Assembly (NCBI GenBank): GCA_049679965.1 | Contig: JBAUGX010000111.1 | Span: 1-63,073, forward strand | Source: Vicinamibacterales bacterium | GTDB taxonomy: Bacteria; Acidobacteriota; Vicinamibacteria; Vicinamibacterales; CAVVIG01 | Direction of reading: 5' to 3' | DNA length: 63,073 nt | Shown here: positions 60,001-63,073 of the stretch, in pieces | Numbering within the stretch: the stretch's first letter is position 1 | Layout of the letters: the number at the start of each line of letters is the position of its first letter | Position numbers and translations under genes: made by a program | The notes under the pieces: generated by a model | What the model saw: the letters and a program-made list of their open reading frames with translations, nothing else | What the model was told of the DNA's origin: nothing | Database searches by the model: none

Positions 60001-62036
60001 GCGAACTCGTTCAGGCCGTCTTCGCGGCCGGGGGGCCGCTGGCGGCAGCGCTGCCAGATTTCGAGGCCCGTGCCGGGCAGACCGAAATGGCGGCGGCCGT
60101 CGCGCACGCGTTCGAAGCGGGCGGCGTGCTGCTGGCCGAAGCCGGCACGGGCACCGGCAAGACCATCGCCTATCTGGTCCCCGCGATCCTCAGCCGCCAA
60201 CGCGTGCTGATCTCCACCGGCACGAAGAACCTGCAGGAACAAATCTATTTCAAGGACATCCCCGCGCTTCGCGACGCTCTGGGCGTGTCGTTCACCGCCA
60301 CCTGCATGAAGGGCCGGGCGAATTATCTGTGCCTGCATCGGCTGGATCAGTTGGGCGACGATCCGGGGCCCGCGCGGTCGTTTGGGAACGACGTCTTCCT
60401 GCCGATCATCCGCGAGTGGTCGCATAAGACCGACACCGGCGATCGCGCCGAGCTCGAGGGCCTTCCCGAGGATCTGCCCTTCTGGAACGACGTGTCGGCC
60501 ACCGCCGACACCTGCCTGGGCGCGGAGTGTCCGCGGTACGACGACTGCTTTGTGACGCGGATGCGTCAGCGGGCCGCCGCATCAGACATCGTGATCGTCA
60601 ATCATCATCTGTTGTGCGCCGACGCGGCGGTGCGGCAGAACGCGTTCGGCGAGGTCATTCCGGCGTGCCACACCGCTATCCTGGACGAGGCCCACCAGCT
60701 CGAGGATGTCGCGACGCAGCACTTCGGCTACAGCGTCAGTACTTATCGCGTCGAAGAGCTGGCGCACGATGTGGAACGTCTGGTCGACCGCCACGACGTC
60801 CAACGTGGCGTCGAGCGGCTGCGCGACCACGCCCGGGTATTCTTCGCCGAGCTGACCCTCGCGCATCGCGCGAATTCAGGCGATCCGAGCCGAAGCTCGA
60901 AGAGTGAAGGCTGGGGTCCCACGCGCCCAAGAAACGAGCAACGCGTCCGCGCGACCGTCACGTCGCTCGCGCCCGCGGGCGAGGCCGGCGCCCAACTCAC
61001 GGGCGCGCTCGACGGCCTCGAGGCAACGCTGGCACTCGCGGGCACGTCGCATGCGGCCACCGACGAAGAGGATGCGGATGCCAGCTCGGAAATCGCCGCG
61101 CTCGCGCGCCGCGTGGCTGAGCTGCGAGACGAGTTGCGCGTGCTCCTGCGCGCGGGCGATGGAGACTACGTGTACTTCGTCGAGTTCCGTGGTCGAGGTG
61201 TCTTCCTGCGGGCCGCACGGATCGACGTCTCGGCCATCGTCCGCGAGCTGCTCGTCGATCGCATGCGGACCCTCGTCCTCACCTCGGCCACGCTGACGGT
61301 CGACGGAGGGTTCGAGTACGTTCGCAGGCGCCTTGGAATCACGCGGGCCGAGGAGATCTGCGTACCGTCGGAATTCGATTTCCGCAGCCAGGCGCTGCTC
61401 TACCTCCCCTCGCGCATGCCCGATCCGCGATCGGCCGACTTCGCGATGGCGGCGGGCCGCGAGGTTGTGGAGATCCTCAAGCGGACGCGCGGCCGGGCGT
61501 TCGTGCTCTTTACCAGCTATGCGACGCTCGGCGCCGTACTGGCAATCGCCGAAATGGCGCTCGAGTATCCGATTCTCGCGCAGGGAACCGCCCCGCGAAC
61601 CGAGCTGCTCAAGCGGTTTCGCGAAACCCCGCACGCGATCCTCTTCGGTACGTCGAGCTTCTGGCAGGGAGTGGACGTCGTGGGCGAGGCCCTCAGCTGC
61701 GTGATTGTCGACAAGCTGCCGTTTGCGTCGCCGGCCGACCCGGTGACTGCGGCGCGGATTGACGCCATTCGCGATCAGGGCGGCGACCCGTTCGGCGACT
61801 ATCAGCTCCCGCTCGCCATCCTGGCGCTGCAGCAGGGCCTCGGCCGGCTGATCCGCCATCGGCGCGACCGGGGCGTGTGGGCCGTGCTCGATCCTCGCCT
61901 GCAGACGAAAGGGTACGGGCGCCGCTTCATCGCCTCGTTGCCCCCGGCCCCTGTCGTGCGCGATCTGTCGTTTATCGAGGTTTTTTTCACATATTCCCCG
62001 CCCGGGCCGGACACCGTCCGAGGCGCTCAGAAGTGA
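59967..62036 (+). CDS. dinG: DinG/XPD-family ATP-dependent DNA helicase (Fe-S type)
   Basis: Motifs are [15 protein letters not shown], a Cys cluster ([10 protein letters not shown]...[12 protein letters not shown]), ILDEAHQL, and C-terminal [12 protein letters not shown]...KLPF. The start is uncertain: GTG 59967 is the first plausible in-frame start and overlaps glyA by 34 nt. Confidence 0.75.
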   Translation: MPEVSVVPGNLSELVQAVFAAGGPLAAALPDFEARAGQTEMAAAVAHAFEAGGVLLAEAGTGTGKTIAYLVPAILSRQRVLISTGTKNLQEQIYFKDIPALRDALGVSFTATCMKGRANYLCLHRLDQLGDDPGPARSFGNDVFLPIIREWSHKTDTGDRAELEGLPEDLPFWNDVSATADTCLGAECPRYDDCFVTRMRQRAAASDIVIVNHHLLCADAAVRQNAFGEVIPACHTAILDEAHQLEDVATQHFGYSVSTYRVEELAHDVERLVDRHDVQRGVERLRDHARVFFAELTLAHRANSGDPSRSSKSEGWGPTRPRNEQRVRATVTSLAPAGEAGAQLTGALDGLEATLALAGTSHAATDEEDADASSEIAALARRVAELRDELRVLLRAGDGDYVYFVEFRGRGVFLRAARIDVSAIVRELLVDRMRTLVLTSATLTVDGGFEYVRRRLGITRAEEICVPSEFDFRSQALLYLPSRMPDPRSADFAMAAGREVVEILKRTRGRAFVLFTSYATLGAVLAIAEMALEYPILAQGTAPRTELLKRFRETPHAILFGTSSFWQGVDVVGEALSCVIVDKLPFASPADPVTAARIDAIRDQGGDPFGDYQLPLAILALQQGLGRLIRHRRDRGVWAVLDPRLQTKGYGRRFIASLPPAPVVRDLSFIEVFFTYSPPGPDTVRGAQK

Positions 62037-62097
62037 AAAAAGGGTAGACTAAGAACTGAGCATTCGTTGCTCTTCACGATCATTTAGGAGGAGTTCC

Positions 62098-63073
62098 TAT
62101 GGTTCGCCGTATCAGCGGTCGCCATTCATGGTTGCCCGTGCTGGCCGCGTTGGCCGTTTTGGTGAGTGCCACGCCCGTGGCTGCCCAGACCGGCCGGGTG
62201 CAGGGAGTGGTCGTAGACTCGATGGGAATGCCGATCGAGGGCGCGACGGTCATCATCACGCAGGTCAACGGCTCCAGCAAATACGAAACAAAGACGGGAA
62301 AAGACGGTAGCTACCTCCAGATAGGACTCATTGGAGGGACGTCGTACCTCGTCACCGTCAAGAAGGATCAGCTGACAGCCGTACGGACTGTCATGATGCG
62401 CGGCACGGGGTTCCGGGTCAATTTCACGCTCGAGCCGAACAATCCCGACGGGCTTCCCAAAGAGGGTGTCAGCGCCGCGGCCGAGTCCCAGCGGGTGTTC
62501 AGCGAAGGCTTGGAGCTGAGCCGCGCAGGCAAGTTCGACGACGCGATCCAGAAGTTCACGGCAGTCGCCGGGCTCAACGCGAAGTGCTCCGACTGTTTCT
62601 ACAACATCGGGTACGCCTACCTGCAGCAGAAGAATTACGACAAGGCGGAAGAGGCGTACAAGAAGGCGATTGAGATCAAGCCGGACTACGCGGACGCGTT
62701 CACCGACCTGGCGAAGATCTACACCCTTCAGCGGAAGTTCGACCAGGCCGCTCAGGCGAGCGCGAAGGCTGCTGAGTTTGGTGCCGCCAGCGCCGCGGCG
62801 CCTGGCGCCCTCGGCGGGGGCAATGCGGACGCGCTCTTCAACCAGGGTGTCACGCTCTGGAACGGCGGCAAGATTGCCGAAGCCAAGAAGCAGTTCGAAG
62901 CAGCGATTGCGGCCAATCCCAACCACGCCGAGTCGCACTACCAGCTCGGGATGGCGCTCGTCAACGAGAACAATCTCAAGGGCGCCGCGGCCGAGTTCGA
63001 CACCTACTTGAAGCTCGCGCCCAACGGACCGAACGCCGCGACGGCCAAGGCGATCGCCGCGCAGCTCCCGAAG
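62098..63073 (+). CDS. secreted CarboxypepD_reg-like + TPR protein (3' end outside window)
   Basis: This ORF is absent from the track because no stop is reached. AGGAGG (62085-62090) precedes ATG 62098. The protein reads MVRRISGRHSWLPVLAALAVLVSATPVAAQ, then GRVQGVVVDSMGMPIEGATVII, then TPR repeats (YNIGYAYLQQKNYDKAEEAYKKAIEIKPDYADAF...). Confidence 0.7.

Overview
This is a 63-kb, very GC-rich bacterial chromosomal segment; lines I counted by hand ran about 70% G+C. Gene content suggests Acidobacteriota: CarboxypepD_reg-type TonB receptors, giant Ser/Thr kinases with TPR tails, and a kinase-linked ECF sigma factor. That assignment is inference only, and all calls rest on reading motifs because no searches were run.

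I call about 58 protein genes, using the ORF track with start codons re-picked from RBS, signal-peptide and stop/start-overlap evidence.

**Housekeeping genes:**
- hemH, groES-groEL, an RRM RNA-binding protein, yaeQ and arfB
- two ABC-F ATPases
- rsmE, rlmI, rpiB, glyA, greB and a DinG-like helicase

**Operon-like blocks:**
- 10.7-19.1 kb, minus strand: a 9-gene lipid-modification operon with two CFA-synthase-type methyltransferases, DUF1365, an FAD oxidoreductase, a desaturase, DUF1295/2878/1475 and a TIGR01777+SRPBCC fusion. It resembles furan/methylated fatty-acid clusters and sits behind a near-consensus sigma70 promoter.
- 25.2-28.6 kb: a Tat-signal arginine-run protein, a beta-barrel-like protein and a cPLA2/patatin-like lipase.
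- 32.5-35.4 kb: an SPFH protein with a C-terminal HTH, plus two multi-zinc-ribbon proteins.
- 35.4-40.9 kb: a polyamine block of hss, argA, a second hss and an ornithine-decarboxylase-type gene.
- 40.9-50.3 kb: an accessory/signalling block. It holds a PG-binding+DUF4347-like protein, an orphan fused TssB-TssC sheath-like protein, a secreted protein, two Ser/Thr kinases, a small coupled ORF, an ECF sigma factor and a degenerate sigma54-activator AAA+ mini-protein.
- 55-57 kb: an AT-richer islet with a CPBP protease, greB and an IS110 transposase stub.

**Non-coding signals:**
- A two-copy composite intergenic repeat with a 37-nt identical core brackets an ~8-kb block between yaeQ and arfB.
- Mutually exclusive hairpins lie upstream of groES, where no CIRCE element is present.

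I found no rRNA, tRNA or CRISPR array. My best candidate for something undescribed is the orphan single-polypeptide T6SS-sheath homologue and its neighbourhood. The SPFH-HTH/zinc-ribbon module and the lipase triad come next.
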